NCBI GenBank assembly: GCA_043800255.1
Contig: JAZDNF010000006.1
Coordinates: 3,901 to 67,900, forward strand
Direction: 5' to 3'
DNA: 64,000 nt
Source: Candidatus Altiarchaeota archaeon
GTDB lineage: Archaea; Altiarchaeota; Altiarchaeia; IMC4; SCGC-AAA252-I15
Shown here piece by piece: positions 1 through 10,241 of this stretch. Every line of letters starts with the position of its first letter. The stretch's first letter is position 1. The translations under genes and the position numbers were made by a program. The notes under the pieces are model-generated. The model saw only the letters and a list, made by a program, of their open reading frames with translations. It had not been told where the DNA came from and did not search any database.

Positions 1-3000
1 GCGTGTTCACCGTGTCAGAGCTCGTCCTGTTCACGGTCAGGATTCTGTCAACTGCCGAGAACCTCTCGTTCTCCCAGAGGTCGGCGCAGAGGACATTCCA
101 GCGGAAGGTGCCATTCGCCATGTCAGCCAGATAGAACCCGTTAACCTGGTTGTTCAACACGCTAACCGTCGTATTGGTCGCAGCCCACGTTCCGGACATG
201 TTCGTGTACAATGAACAGTTAACGACAGAAGCCTTCTGCGAGGCCCTATACTTTATGAAAAGGTTCCCATCATAGTCTGTCAGGCTGCTGGCAGGCTGCT
301 CCAGGCTGACCTGCACAACATACGGCAGGCTCGTCGTGGTGGTCGCATTTATTGTGGTCGTGGTCGAAGACGTTGTGGTCGTTGTCGTATACCCCGAACA
401 GTTCGCCGTACACGAGGAGGTCATGCCAACGTCAGACCAGGTGTAACGTGTCGTGCAGGTGTTATCGTCTCCAGAGCTTTCAGTATAGTAGTAGTCGTAG
501 ATGTCATACTCCGTGGAACCGCACAGGAAGTTGTTGGATATGTTGTTGTAATCCGAGTAGTAGTTGTATATCCCGTATTTGCTCCATGTGACGTTGTTGT
601 TCAATATCGTGTTGTTGCCTGAACTGTAATAGAGGATGATGCCGTCGCCGTCTGCTATGACGTTGCCTGACACCGTATTCAGGTTCGAGTACGCGAACGC
701 TATATGCCCGGCGGCGACGCCATTCAAGGTAACGCCACTAGTGTTGAAATAATAGTACACCGGACGGCCGTTGACCGTATTACTTGTGCCTATGCTGTGA
801 TTGTAATAGGCGAACGAACCGCCGTCTAACCTCAGATTCCAGTCGTTTTTCGAAAAATTGTTCCCAGACAGATTACAGTTGATAGACGCGTACAGGTATG
901 CTCCCTCCTCACTGTTGTTGTAAACTGTGTTGGCTGTTAGATTGTTATTGTTCGAAGAGTACACGTATATCCCCTCGCCCGTGCTATTGTAGACTGTGTT
1001 GTCTTCCAGCCTGTTGTTGGCTGACGAGGAAAGGCTTATCCCATCATATCCGCTGTGCTCCACCCTGTTGCCTGCCATACTGTTGTTGCTCGAAGTGTCC
1101 GAGTCTATGCCGTCCTCGGGCGACATCGAGATGTTGTTCCCTGAAACGTTGTTGGAGTTCGAATAGTACAGGTACACTCCGTCCGCAGAGCTGTTGCGTA
1201 TGTTATTCGAGAAAACGGTATTGTAGTCGGAGTATATGATCCGAACTCCCATTCTGGCATTATTCATGTCGCTGTTTGAGATCGTGCTATTGTAGGAGTT
1301 CCTGTATATCACAGCCCCGTCAGCGTCGGTCAGATTGTTATTCGTTGCTGTGATGTTGCTGCTGAACGCTATACCCAGGTGGCCTACGTACCTGCCCTGC
1401 AGTACTTGGTTGTTTTGGCCGTAGTAGTATCTGACCTGCTTCCCGTTTACCGTGTTGAAGCGGTCTATGGTATGATTGTAGTCGCTGGAAGCGGATGATT
1501 CGACATACAGGCCGGCGCTTCCGCTGTCCTCGAGGGCATTGTACGAGAGAGTCCCTAAAGACGCGCCATACAGGTAGATGCCATAGGCGCCTGAGTTCCG
1601 GATAGTGTTATTCAACAGCGTCACATGGTCTGCGGAAACGTATATCCCATCGGTGTCTGAATTTTCCACGATGTTAAAGCTCGCGTCCGTATAATCTGCG
1701 GACGACAGGTATATTCCCCTGTTGTTGTACCTCAGCGTATTGTTTGAGACGTTGTTCCACTCGCCGTAGTAGATGTAGACCCCGTTCTGCGAGTTGTTCT
1801 CCACGATGTTGTTCTGTATTGTGTTGTTATTGCCTGCGTAGACTGAGATTCCATCATCGAAGGACGAATTCCTGATAGTGTTATGCCGTATCGTGTTGTT
1901 GTTCGAATAGTAGGTGTATATTCCATTGTAAAGCGAGTCCCTGATCGTGTTGTTATTCACCTGGGAATTGTTCGCATAATACAGGATTACGCCATAGTAG
2001 TTGCCTGAGACGTTGTTCCTCTCTATCACGGCATTTCCTGAGCTGATGTAGATTCCATAACCTGAGTAGCTTCCTGCGCTATACCCTACGCCGCTTATCG
2101 TCGAATCCCTTATCGTCAGCGCAGAGCCTGGCATCGCCCTAAACGTATACGCTATCGACGAATTCGATGACCGTATTGTGGAGTTCGTGAAATTCATGGC
2201 AGCCCCGTTCTCGACCGTGATTCCAAACTGGCCGTCCGACGTCCCGTTCAGCACGAGGGTACAGTTTACGGCGGTGAGGCTGTTGCCAGACGTCGCGAGG
2301 ATGCTCCCAGCCATGGTGACAGTCTCATCAGTGCAGTTCGAACTGCCGGACACAACACCCTGCGTCCGCCAGTCGCCTGAGGGAACATTCAGCGTGAAAT
2401 TCACATAAACCGTCTGGTTCGCAACCCCTGTGATCTGCACATTGTTATCGTATGTCTGGTACACGCCGTTAACGAAGACAAGCCACTGCGTTGGCGTGGT
2501 CGGGTAATCAAGTTGCACGGTATATGTTCCGGTATTTAACTGAGTTAACGTGTAGTTGCCTGCCGAGCCCGCAGTTGCGGAGCTTATCGTCGTCGAGCCT
2601 GACAGCAGACTGAGATTCGCGCCCTCGATGGGGTCGCCGTTGGCGTCGAGCACAAGTCCGATGACACTGCCGCTCCTCGGCAGTGTGAAGTTACGATAGG
2701 CAGTCTGGCCGGGAATCACGTACACAGACTCTGTTATGTTCAGAAGCTCCAAACCTGCTGGCGGATTGACCTGGATGTTGTACGTGTTGTTGGCGGCGTT
2801 TGGATAATAGGGATAGGTGTCGTTGTCCAATCCTGTGAGGAGGAAGCTGCCGTTCGCCTCTCCTGTGAACTTCGGGTCCTCGGATGTGACGCCAAGGAAA
2901 TAGTACAGCGTGTGGAGCAGGGGATACGGCACCGGATCCCCATTGTAGTCGAAAACGTACCCTGATATTGAACCCTTCCTCGCAAGCGTGAAATTGACCG

Positions 3001-6000
3001 TGACAGTCTGGCCTGAGGATATCGTGAAGTTGTTACTCGACCAGTTCAGGTTCGCAGACGCTGCTGGGGTGACGGTTATGTTGTTGTCCCCGTCAGCCAG
3101 CCCTATTATTATGTAACTGCCGTTCGCGCTGCTGGAGCCGTAAACTGTCAAGGCGCCAAACACCGACACTGACACATTCGCTGCCGGGTTCCCATCCTCA
3201 TCAAGTATGAAACCAGTGACTGTGGCACCCTGTGACAGGCTCAAATTCGCGTTAGAAGCCTGGGTTCCGTTCACATACACTGTGGTTGAATTCCTCCGGA
3301 AGTTTCCGCCGGACGGGGGATGGGCAGTTACAGTGTAATTGCTGGTTACAAGGCCTGTAATGTTATAATCGCCGCTCGCATTCGTGTATGCTGTCTTACT
3401 AGCGCTTCCTGATGCGGTGACCAATGAACCGTTCACCCCAGAACCGTTGGCGTAGGTTATCCTCCCATAAATCGAGCCGCCTGGATTGAACTGCGTGTAA
3501 TTGTAGGATGATGTGTTGTACAGGTTGTACAATTCGACAGTCTCTCCGCTGCTGTTGACGTACATCGTCAGCCTCGACAGCGCATAGTATGTGTTCCTGC
3601 CCTCCTCCCTGAGGGTCAGACCGTCAAACGGCAGCCTCAGCCAGCTGGTTCCAGCTGACAGGGTGGAGTGGTTGGCTGCTGTAGCAACTCCTGTGCCGTT
3701 CTCATCGGAAACCAATGCAGTTATGTAATAATTGCCATACAGACCGATTGTTAACGCCACGTCAATGTTCAAGTAATCGAAGAACCCATCTCCGTTAGAG
3801 TCTGAGCCGCTGTTGAGGTATGTGCCGTTCGGGTAGCTATCATGGGGCGAGAACTGCGTGTAAGAGTAGTTTGACGTGATATGGACGCTGCCGTATTCTG
3901 CCACGAGGTTGTTGTTGCCGTCCGATACCAGAAGCGTTAGGTTGTAGGGTCCGTTGGTCATCCTGGCGTAGATGTCGCCGCCGCTGAATCCAAGCTGTAT
4001 GCTCCTAAATGTCGCGGAACCTAGGGAGGAAGTGCTGGCCCGCGCCAACAATGTCCCGGTTGAGCTGTAAAGCCTCCCTTCGAAGGAGTATGTGTCGCTT
4101 AATACCGATGTGAAATTCAATGTCACGTTCAGGTACTGATACTTCGAGCTTACGAGGTTCGACAGTGCGCTGGAGTAGTTGACGGAGAAGAACTCTGCAG
4201 CATAGGCATCAAATTGGGTGTAATTGTAGGATGAAGTGCTGTAGACATATCTTGCGACTGTGCTGCTCCCAAGGGATGTGAGAACGTAACCGTCCTTGAG
4301 CTCAAGGGTTATGTTGTAGGGCCCGTTGAGTGTGGCGTTCCTGATGTCCTTGCACTTGAAGCTCAGTTGCAGCTGCTGCACGCTTAATGATGAGTTTGTG
4401 CTGTTGTCTGACGTCGCTATCACGTCGCCCGAAGAGTTTGTGATTGCCCCAAGCACGGTATACTCTTCTCCAATGGTAGTGTTAACGCTCAGATTCAGTA
4501 TCAGATAATCGTACAGGCTGTTGTTGTTCGCATCTATGGCATATGCTGTTACGTTGGAGTTGAATCCCACGCTGTTGCTGTCGAAGTCAGTGTAATTGTA
4601 CGATGATGTCCGGATTCTGGACGGATAAGCGTATACCTGTAAGCTACCGTTTGAGATGTCATACACTGTCAGGCTCATATTGTAGGGGCCGTTCACGCCG
4701 CCGGCGCGTATCGCCTGCCCGGAGAAGTTCAATGAGACGTTCAGTATGCCGGAAGCAGAGTAGACTTGTGTTGACGTTGAGTCGGTAACGTTTCCAGTAG
4801 TGTCATACAGTATCCCCTGCACGCTGTAATTGCCCTGCACCGAGATGTTCAACCCGAGGTACATGCTGAGGAGGTCGTATTTTGTGTTGGAATTGTTGTC
4901 CACCCCGCTGTCAGACTCAGCGCCAGTGTAGAATACGCTAGGATATGAGAAGCTGGTGTAGTTGTATGCTGATGTGTTGTAACCGCTTGTGAAGGCTGCG
5001 GAATTCGTGCCGTTCTGATAGTCCAAATAGGCTTGGGTGAGCTGCAGTGTCCCGTTCAGCATGTTGCTGTAGATGCACGTGCCTGAGAACATGAGGGAGA
5101 GGCTCTGGACTCCAGTAGTTAATGACAGGTCAGAGCTTGCATAGCAGTAGCTTGAGTTCCTGCCGTCATAGAGGAAGCCTGAGAAAGTGTAGTTGCCTGC
5201 CACTGTGACGTTCGCCTGCGCGGTAACGTTCAATGCCTCCCCGATGCCGTCCGAGTTGCTGTCAATTCTGGAGTCCGAAAAGGCTCCAGTAAAGCCTGAA
5301 ACCGATGCGACACTCTTCAACGGCGGCGAGCTTCCGGCGCCCCAAGGCCACCACCACCATGAATCGAAACCATGCCGCCTGAAAATTGTCTTGTACTGGT
5401 ATGATGTGGCTAAGCTTGCGCTGTTGGCCGCCCTGTAGGCGTCGTATACGTTTTCTGCCGTCTGGATATTGCCCCTCTTCAGCGCCGAGATGGTGCTGTC
5501 TGCGCCAAAGTCATTATACACTCCGCACAGTTGGAAGTCCCACACTGGGCCCCGGTATTCATGGGAGTTGGTGACGTTGTCCCCGTCCGTGTCCTCCAGG
5601 TTCGAGATGTCAAGATCCCAACCCCAATTATTATAGTGTGTGGAGCCTCTCGCGATGCATGATGCATAACTCGCCCAGTTCTCTTCAACAGGTTCGTATT
5701 TGTTCTTCCAGTCCCCTGTCTGCGATATGTGGTGGCCGTACTCGTGCTCGACGTCGTCTGTCGTGTCCCTGTCATGCCACATGGTGATGTGGGGGATAAG
5801 CGCGCAGGATGTTGGAACCCCACCGCAGGCGGCATTATCGTTGTTGTTCACCTCAACAAAGATGGTCTCCTTCGTCTCCATGTTCCGGTTCTTGAAATAA
5901 TTGTAGATTCCTATCAGCCTTTCCAAGGCTGAGATCGAGTCATGGACTGCGTATGTGATGTCCCTGCCCAGGAAATCAGCATTCTTCTTTAATGTGCCGG

Positions 6001-7831
6001 AATTGCCAGTCGCCCAGTACGCAACAGCGTTGGCTCTCTTGGCGAACGCAACCCCCCACTGGCTGTCATCGTACATCTCGAACACTATCTTCTCCATGTC
6101 CCTCTCAGGCGACCATTTTACTAGGGAGAGTGTCCTGAACTGCTTGTCTTCGACCATGAACTCCATGTTCGTGCTGAAACAGTAATCGCCCTGCTTGTCT
6201 GTGAAAGTGTCCATGTGATAAATCCAGGCCGCTGCATCGTTCTGCTGCTCGTATCTTACGTTAACGTTCGCGAAACCCGAGCCGTCGTTCTTCTTCACCG
6301 TGCCGCATATCCTGTGGCTTTCGGCATCGTTGTTGTTCTCCTTCAACTCCCTGATATTGTTGTCAGGGTCGACCTGGACTTTTATCACATCCAGGAAGTC
6401 AGGGTCGTTCTCGCCGCCGCGCCACGTCCCATACCAGCTTATGGTCGTCTGGGCCGAGCCATGCGCGGCAATGGAAGCTATAGTCTTCGTTTCGGCCCCG
6501 TACGCCCCAAAGGGCGCTTTTTTCGAAATCTTGACGTTAACGTTCCTTGCGGTGACGTTCCCCTCGTTCCTTACCGTGACTGTGACTGTTATCGGACCAG
6601 ACCGCTTGGCAGGCTTGGATAGGGTTATGTCCTTGTCCGTGACATTGAGATCAGGCTCTCCGACTGTTATCTCGACCTCGTCCATCTTCTCGTAGCTGTT
6701 GACTGTAGGCCAGCACGCGAAGCCTGAGTTGCAGGAGCGTCCGACGACCCTCACAGTGTAGGCGTCGTCTGTCTGCTGCGGAGGCTCTGGTATCTCGGTG
6801 GAGAATGTTCGAGTATAGGTTGCAAGACTATGGTAAAATGATGCGCTGTAAAGCATCCTCCAGTCTGACTCAGAAGGGTATTTGCCATATGCCCTGAAAT
6901 AGAATGTCGGGCAGTAGAACGTTGTAGTGTAAGTGTAACTGATCGTTACGCTATCGCCCGGAGTCGCTGAGCTGGGGCCGCTTGCCGACAGGTAGCTTAT
7001 ATGATAGCCTGCCGCAATGTTGGCTGCGACACTTTTCTCGGTCAGAACAACCCTGCCGCCCCTGTCTTCCACATACTGGAGAAAGGAATCCAGAACGGAG
7101 AGTCTCTCGTAATTCGACCCTGCTATGGAAGGATGCACTACAACCGCTCTGGCCTCTTTTATCTCCTTCTGGTCGAATTCCGCCTTTAGGAACTGGAGGA
7201 AATCCTCGGGAGTGAAGCCCAGGTTGCCTAGTATGACTTTGTCGTCAAGCGGTACCTCGCCAAATAATGTTTTCGCCTCTGCTATCGGCACCACAGTGAC
7301 GCCGTCGAATTCTATTGGATACACTATCCTGCCGCGCCTGACGCAGTACTCGCACTTGAACCCGGAATCAACAGGATGGAATCCTGTCTCGGAGCTGACG
7401 CCCAGAATCCTCAAAGCATCGAGGAGACTTAGGATGTCAGTATAACTGGACTCGTATGACACTGACTTGTAGTGTAGCCGCCCGACATCTGCCGGAGCTA
7501 GTATCTCTTTCAGAAGGTTTAAAGTGCTGTTGAGACTCTCGACTTTCCCGTCAAGAGAGTAGCTCAACATGTCGTCAGAACCCAGAACTGCAATCTGATG
7601 GCCTCTTTCATGTAGGTCTAACACAGTCTCAGGATACGCCAGCATAAGTTCATCGGTCATATAGACTGTGACAATCCAGCCGCGGTCCTCTATCGGCTTC
7701 AGGACACTGTCAAGAAGGCGCAAATCCTGCTCAGTCTGCACGTCAACCTGGAGGATGACATACTTCTGCTCCTGAGCGCTGACGCTGCTGATAAGGCAGA
7801 ATAATGCGACGAACAGTATACCCCTCTTCAT
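1..7831 (-). CDS. Giant secreted multidomain surface protein, 3'-truncated (C-terminus lies beyond position 1; >2610 aa in window). It has a signal peptide, an HExxH zinc-metallopeptidase motif, about five tandem ~120-aa repeat domains, CarboxypepD_reg/Ig-like domains, and right-handed parallel beta-helix (PbH1-type) repeats.
   Basis: Manual minus-strand translation. ATG at 7831 gives MKRGILFVALFCLISSVSAQEQ..., a signal peptide. The frame (coordinate mod 3 = 1) is open at spot checks: ~5729-5746 encodes DDVEHEYGHHISQ, ~1870-1960 encodes NNTIRDSLYNGIYTYYSNNNTIRHNTIRNS, and 58..2 encodes SAVDRILTVNRTSSDTVNT with no stop reached at position 1. Only short ORFs exist in the other frames. The gene is absent from the ORF track because it runs off the edge. 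Confidence 0.8.
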   Translation of the reverse strand, partial: MKRGILFVALFCLISSVSAQEQKYVILQVDVQTEQDLRLLDSVLKPIEDRGWIVTVYMTDELMLAYPETVLDLHERGHQIAVLGSDDMLSYSLDGKVESLNSTLNLLKEILAPADVGRLHYKSVSYESSYTDILSLLDALRILGVSSETGFHPVDSGFKCEYCVRRGRIVYPIEFDGVTVVPIAEAKTLFGEVPLDDKVILGNLGFTPEDFLQFLKAEFDQKEIKEARAVVVHPSIAGSNYERLSVLDSFLQYVEDRGGRVVLTEKSVAANIAAGYHISYLSASGPSSATPGDSVTISYTYTTTFYCPTFYFRAYGKYPSESDWRMLYSASFYHSLATYTRTFSTEIPEPPQQTDDAYTVRVVGRSCNSGFACWPTVNSYEKMDEVEITVGEPDLNVTDKDITLSKPAKRSGPITVTVTVRNEGNVTARNVNVKISKKAPFGAYGAETKTIASIAAHGSAQTTISWYGTWRGGENDPDFLDVIKVQVDPDNNIRELKENNNDAESHRICGTVKKNDGSGFANVNVRYEQQNDAAAWIYHMDTFTDKQGDYCFSTNMEFMVEDKQFRTLSLVKWSPERDMEKIVFEMYDDSQWGVAFAKRANAVAYWATGNSGTLKKNADFLGRDITYAVHDSISALERLIGIYNYFKNRNMETKETIFVEVNNNDNAACGGVPTSCALIPHITMWHDRDTTDDVEHEYGHHISQTGDWKNKYEPVEENWASYASCIARGSTHYNNWGWDLDISNLEDTDGDNVTNSHEYRGPVWDFQLCGVYNDFGADSTISALKRGNIQTAENVYDAYRAANSASLATSYQYKTIFRRHGFDSWWWWPWGAGSSPPLKSVASVSGFTGAFSDSRIDSNSDGIGEALNVTAQANVTVAGNYTFSGFLYDGRNSSYCYASSDLSLTTGVQSLSLMFSGTCIYSNMLNGTLQLTQAYLDYQNGTNSAAFTSGYNTSAYNYTSFSYPSVFYTGAESDSGVDNNSNTKYDLLSMYLGLNISVQGNYSVQGILYDTTGNVTDSTSTQVYSASGILNVSLNFSGQAIRAGGVNGPYNMSLTVYDISNGSLQVYAYPSRIRTSSYNYTDFDSNSVGFNSNVTAYAIDANNNSLYDYLILNLSVNTTIGEEYTVLGAITNSSGDVIATSDNSTNSSLSVQQLQLSFKCKDIRNATLNGPYNITLELKDGYVLTSLGSSTVARYVYSTSSYNYTQFDAYAAEFFSVNYSSALSNLVSSKYQYLNVTLNFTSVLSDTYSFEGRLYSSTGTLLARASTSSLGSATFRSIQLGFSGGDIYARMTNGPYNLTLLVSDGNNNLVAEYGSVHITSNYSYTQFSPHDSYPNGTYLNSGSDSNGDGFFDYLNIDVALTIGLYGNYYITALVSDENGTGVATAANHSTLSAGTSWLRLPFDGLTLREEGRNTYYALSRLTMYVNSSGETVELYNLYNTSSYNYTQFNPGGSIYGRITYANGSGVNGSLVTASGSASKTAYTNASGDYNITGLVTSNYTVTAHPPSGGNFRRNSTTVYVNGTQASNANLSLSQGATVTGFILDEDGNPAANVSVSVFGALTVYGSSSANGSYIIIGLADGDNNITVTPAASANLNWSSNNFTISSGQTVTVNFTLARKGSISGYVFDYNGDPVPYPLLHTLYYFLGVTSEDPKFTGEANGSFLLTGLDNDTYPYYPNAANNTYNIQVNPPAGLELLNITESVYVIPGQTAYRNFTLPRSGSVIGLVLDANGDPIEGANLSLLSGSTTISSATAGSAGNYTLTQLNTGTYTVQLDYPTTPTQWLVFVNGVYQTYDNNVQITGVANQTVYVNFTLNVPSGDWRTQGVVSGSSNCTDETVTMAGSILATSGNSLTAVNCTLVLNGTSDGQFGITVENGAAMNFTNSTIRSSNSSIAYTFRAMPGSALTIRDSTISGVGYSAGSYSGYGIYISSGNAVIERNNVSGNYYGVILYYANNSQVNNNTIRDSLYNGIYTYYSNNNTIRHNTIRNSSFDDGISVYAGNNNTIQNNIVENNSQNGVYIYYGEWNNVSNNTLRYNNRGIYLSSADYTDASFNIVENSDTDGIYVSADHVTLLNNTIRNSGAYGIYLYGASLGTLSYNALEDSGSAGLYVESSASSDYNHTIDRFNTVNGKQVRYYYGQNNQVLQGRYVGHLGIAFSSNITATNNNLTDADGAVIYRNSYNSTISNSDMNNARMGVRIIYSDYNTVFSNNIRNSSADGVYLYYSNSNNVSGNNISMSPEDGIDSDTSSNNSMAGNRVEHSGYDGISLSSSANNRLEDNTVYNSTGEGIYVYSSNNNNLTANTVYNNSEEGAYLYASINCNLSGNNFSKNDWNLRLDGGSFAYYNHSIGTSNTVNGRPVYYYFNTSGVTLNGVAAGHIAFAYSNLNTVSGNVIADGDGIILYYSSGNNTILNNNVTWSKYGIYNYYSDYNNISNNFLCGSTEYDIYDYYYTESSGDDNTCTTRYTWSDVGMTSSCTANCSGYTTTTTTSSTTTTINATTTTSLPYVVQVSLEQPASSLTDYDGNLFIKYRASQKASVVNCSLYTNMSGTWAATNTTVSVLNNQVNGFYLADMANGTFRWNVLCADLWENERFSAVDRILTVNRTSSDTVNT
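3300..5100 (-). repeat. Intragenic tandem repeat, period ~365 bp (~122 aa), about 5 copies, inside the giant surface-protein gene.
   Basis: Recurring DNA motif tgtaattgtaggatgatgt and variants at ~3496, ~3858, ~4218, ~4591 and ~4957 on the plus strand. These encode the repeated peptide motif (T/S)SYNYT(Q/D)F on the minus strand. Confidence 0.6.
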
Positions 7832-7871
7832 GATACCCCAACCCAAGTAGATTAAAGCTGTTACAATTATT

Positions 7872-7893
7872 CTGTCGAAAAGTATAAAAATAC
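7872..7893 (-). promoter_or_regulatory. Putative archaeal BRE/TATA box for the giant surface-protein gene.
   Basis: The minus strand reads gtaTTTTTATActtt about 45-55 nt upstream of ATG 7831, within an AT-rich intergenic spacer. Confidence 0.4.
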
Positions 7894-7923
7894 ACGTTAA
7901 GGGCGCGGCAGATGGTATGCGCG

Positions 7924-8466
7924 TCAGTCGATGACAAAAAACGGGGACTTGTATCCCCTATACTCCCTTCTCATGTACCTGTCCAAGTCGATCAGCCACT
8001 GCGCCAGCATAATCTCTGACTTATGCACGTCCTCTAACTTACCTCTCACACCGAGCTCATAATAGGATCTCTTGCCCATGTCTTTTCCCTCCCGTATGAA
8101 GAACCCCCCCTTCTGCATGTCTGGTGGGACCCCCTCCATAACCTCCTCAACCGGAACGCCCCGTATACCCTCCAAGCGGTACCTCAGCACAGCCTCGTCA
8201 CCCTCCCGCTCAAAGACCACCCGCTCGCTGCTGTTAGGGTCATTATACAAGAACCTCGGAACCCTCTTAGCAATGTAAGAGGGAATCTGATACCTGTACG
8301 GTTTACCGGGTGTGACGACTCTCGGAGGCTCATCCAGCAAGGGGGAGGGTAAAACCGGTCCCGAACCCTTGCGTATGAGGATGGTCTTGACCTCGACTAA
8401 TTTGCCGTCTAACGTCTCAACAAAGTCTCCAACATAGGGTTTCTTCGACTCCGGAGTCTTGTGCAT
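7924..8466 (-). CDS. Conserved hypothetical protein (180 aa), function unknown.
   Basis: Complete ORF in the track with no antisense competitor. Compact spacing to the downstream aEF-1beta gene. No recognisable motif. Confidence 0.5.
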   Translation of the reverse strand: MHKTPESKKPYVGDFVETLDGKLVEVKTILIRKGSGPVLPSPLLDEPPRVVTPGKPYRYQIPSYIAKRVPRFLYNDPNSSERVVFEREGDEAVLRYRLEGIRGVPVEEVMEGVPPDMQKGGFFIREGKDMGKRSYYELGVRGKLEDVHKSEIMLAQWLIDLDRYMRREYRGYKSPFFVID

Positions 8467-8497
8467 AGGATAGAATAGGGAACCAAGAAAGAAATAC

Positions 8498-8770
8498 TTA
8501 CAGCCTGTTGACGTCGATTACCGTCACTTCAGCGACACCAGGTATGTTAGAAATCTCCTTCTCCAGCTTGTCAGTGCCGCCTTTAGAATCATCCAATAGT
8601 ATCGTGACCTCAAGAGAGCTTAACCCGAAAGCTATCGGCTTAATCTCAGAACTGTGGAATTTCCCAACCCGGTTGACGAGTGGAATGACCTTCTCCCTGA
8701 TCTTTCCCAAGTCGGTTTTGACGCCTTCAGGCATCAGATTAAGCTTGGCAACTACGTTATAGTCGGTCAT
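8498..8770 (-). CDS. Translation elongation factor 1-beta (aEF-1beta).
   Basis: 90 aa, MTDYNVVAKLNLMPEGVKTDLGKIREKV...GVAEVTVIDVNRL, typical archaeal EF-1beta length and sequence pattern. 4-nt overlap with the upstream L10e gene. Confidence 0.85.
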   Translation of the reverse strand: MTDYNVVAKLNLMPEGVKTDLGKIREKVIPLVNRVGKFHSSEIKPIAFGLSSLEVTILLDDSKGGTDKLEKEISNIPGVAEVTVIDVNRL

Positions 8771-9303
8771 TTCTTGATGTCAGAAACCTCGATCCTCATG
8801 TTAGCCGGGAGCTTGTGCATCGCGCCCCTGAGAGCCTTCCTAGCGCTCATGATCATCTGGTCGTCCTTGTTAACGTATACGGTCATTATAGGCTGACCAG
8901 GATATATTCTGGCAGCCCTCCCCATCGGCTTCCCGAATGATTTGCGCATGCCGTCCTGGACCCTGTCGGCGCCTGCGCCGGTCGCCATAACGTTCTCCCG
9001 TATCACATGATGGGGGAACACGTTAATCTTGAAGTAGTAGTTTGACACTCCAATCACCTTTTCAAGAATCCTCTGGGCGGATATCCTCGCAGCATCCAGT
9101 GAGTTGTGCCGTATTATTATGCGCCCCTTGGGGATGATAGACAGCTTAACATTGAAGTCACCCTTCGAGTTGCCCATATCGTAGGTGTTCAGTTTCGGAG
9201 TTGGGATGCCCGTTATGAAAGAGTCCCCAGGGTTGTCTGAAGTCCTAGTGTACGCTGGACTGTCCCACCTATAGCATTTCGCCGGTCGTAAACCTTTAGC
9301 CAT
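8767..9303 (-). CDS. rpl10e: 50S ribosomal protein L10e (uL16 family).
   Basis: MAKGLRPAKCYRW...; 178 aa; matches the conserved L10e N-terminus and length. Confidence 0.9.
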   Translation of the reverse strand: MAKGLRPAKCYRWDSPAYTRTSDNPGDSFITGIPTPKLNTYDMGNSKGDFNVKLSIIPKGRIIIRHNSLDAARISAQRILEKVIGVSNYYFKINVFPHHVIRENVMATGAGADRVQDGMRKSFGKPMGRAARIYPGQPIMTVYVNKDDQMIMSARKALRGAMHKLPANMRIEVSDIKK

Positions 9304-9341
9304 TCTAGATGTTCTATTAATACAGATTCAATGCTTAAAAA

Positions 9342-10169
9342 CTATGATACCAGCCTCTCAATGGGCAGAACCAGTATGTCCTTGCACCCTATCATCTTCA
9401 GCTTTTTGATGGTTGCGAACACCTTGTCCTCGTCGACCACAGAGTGGACTGCCACGAAGTTCCCGTCAGCCAAGTCCATGACCGTGGGACTCTGCATACC
9501 AGGGATTATCTTCTCGACCTTGGCCAGGTTCTTCCGGGGGACGTTTACCATTAGGTACCTCTTGCTCTGTGCGTTTATGACGCTGGAAAGCGAGACCGCC
9601 ATGTTATCGTTCCTGTAGCTTTTGTTGGATATGAGAACAGCCTCGCTGTCCATTATCGTGTCGATTATCTTCAGATTGTTCAACTCCAGAGTGGTTCCAG
9701 TGCTGACTAAATCCACTATCATGTCGGCAACTCCGAGATAGGGTGTGACCTCCGTCGCCCCTGACACCGTCACAATCTCCACCTTCTTGCCAAGCTGCTT
9801 GAAGTATTTCGCAGTCAGCTTCGGGAACTCAGTCGCGACCTTGACTCCGACTTTGACGTCCTTCGGCGACCTCAACCCAAGATTCTTCGGAGCCGCCAGA
9901 ACAAGACGAGTCCTGCCGAAACCCAGCTTCAAGGAAACCCTGACGTCAGCCCCAGTCTCCTCCACCAAATCCAGTCCAGTTATTCCAAGTTCCGCGGCAC
10001 CGTCCCTGACGAGCTCAGGAATGTCCTGAGTCCTCACAAACAGCACCTCGATGTCCTTGTACCGTGAGACCAGCTTCCTGCTGGAGTCCACCCTAATGCC
10101 GGCCTTGTTCAAAAGCTCGACCACCGGCCCGTTCAGCCTACCCTTATTCGGAACCGCGATTTTGACCAT
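9342..10169 (-). CDS. hisG: ATP phosphoribosyltransferase (long form).
   Basis: 275 aa, MVKIAVPNKGRL...GITGLDLVEETGADV...LVSTGTTLELNNLK, a HisG signature pattern. Confidence 0.9.
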   Translation of the reverse strand: MVKIAVPNKGRLNGPVVELLNKAGIRVDSSRKLVSRYKDIEVLFVRTQDIPELVRDGAAELGITGLDLVEETGADVRVSLKLGFGRTRLVLAAPKNLGLRSPKDVKVGVKVATEFPKLTAKYFKQLGKKVEIVTVSGATEVTPYLGVADMIVDLVSTGTTLELNNLKIIDTIMDSEAVLISNKSYRNDNMAVSLSSVINAQSKRYLMVNVPRKNLAKVEKIIPGMQSPTVMDLADGNFVAVHSVVDEDKVFATIKKLKMIGCKDILVLPIERLVS

Positions 10170-10241
10170 CTTCGTTCTTAATCAAAAGTATTATTCGAAT
10201 AAATAGCCAGTATTTTATGATAAAATGCCCCATAGTAACAC

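Noticed and set aside
5479-6695. Short ORFs of 118-135 aa in both strands around 5.4-6.7 kb
   Set aside because: They sit in alternative frames inside the giant surface-protein gene, whose own frame carries the conserved HEYGHH motif.
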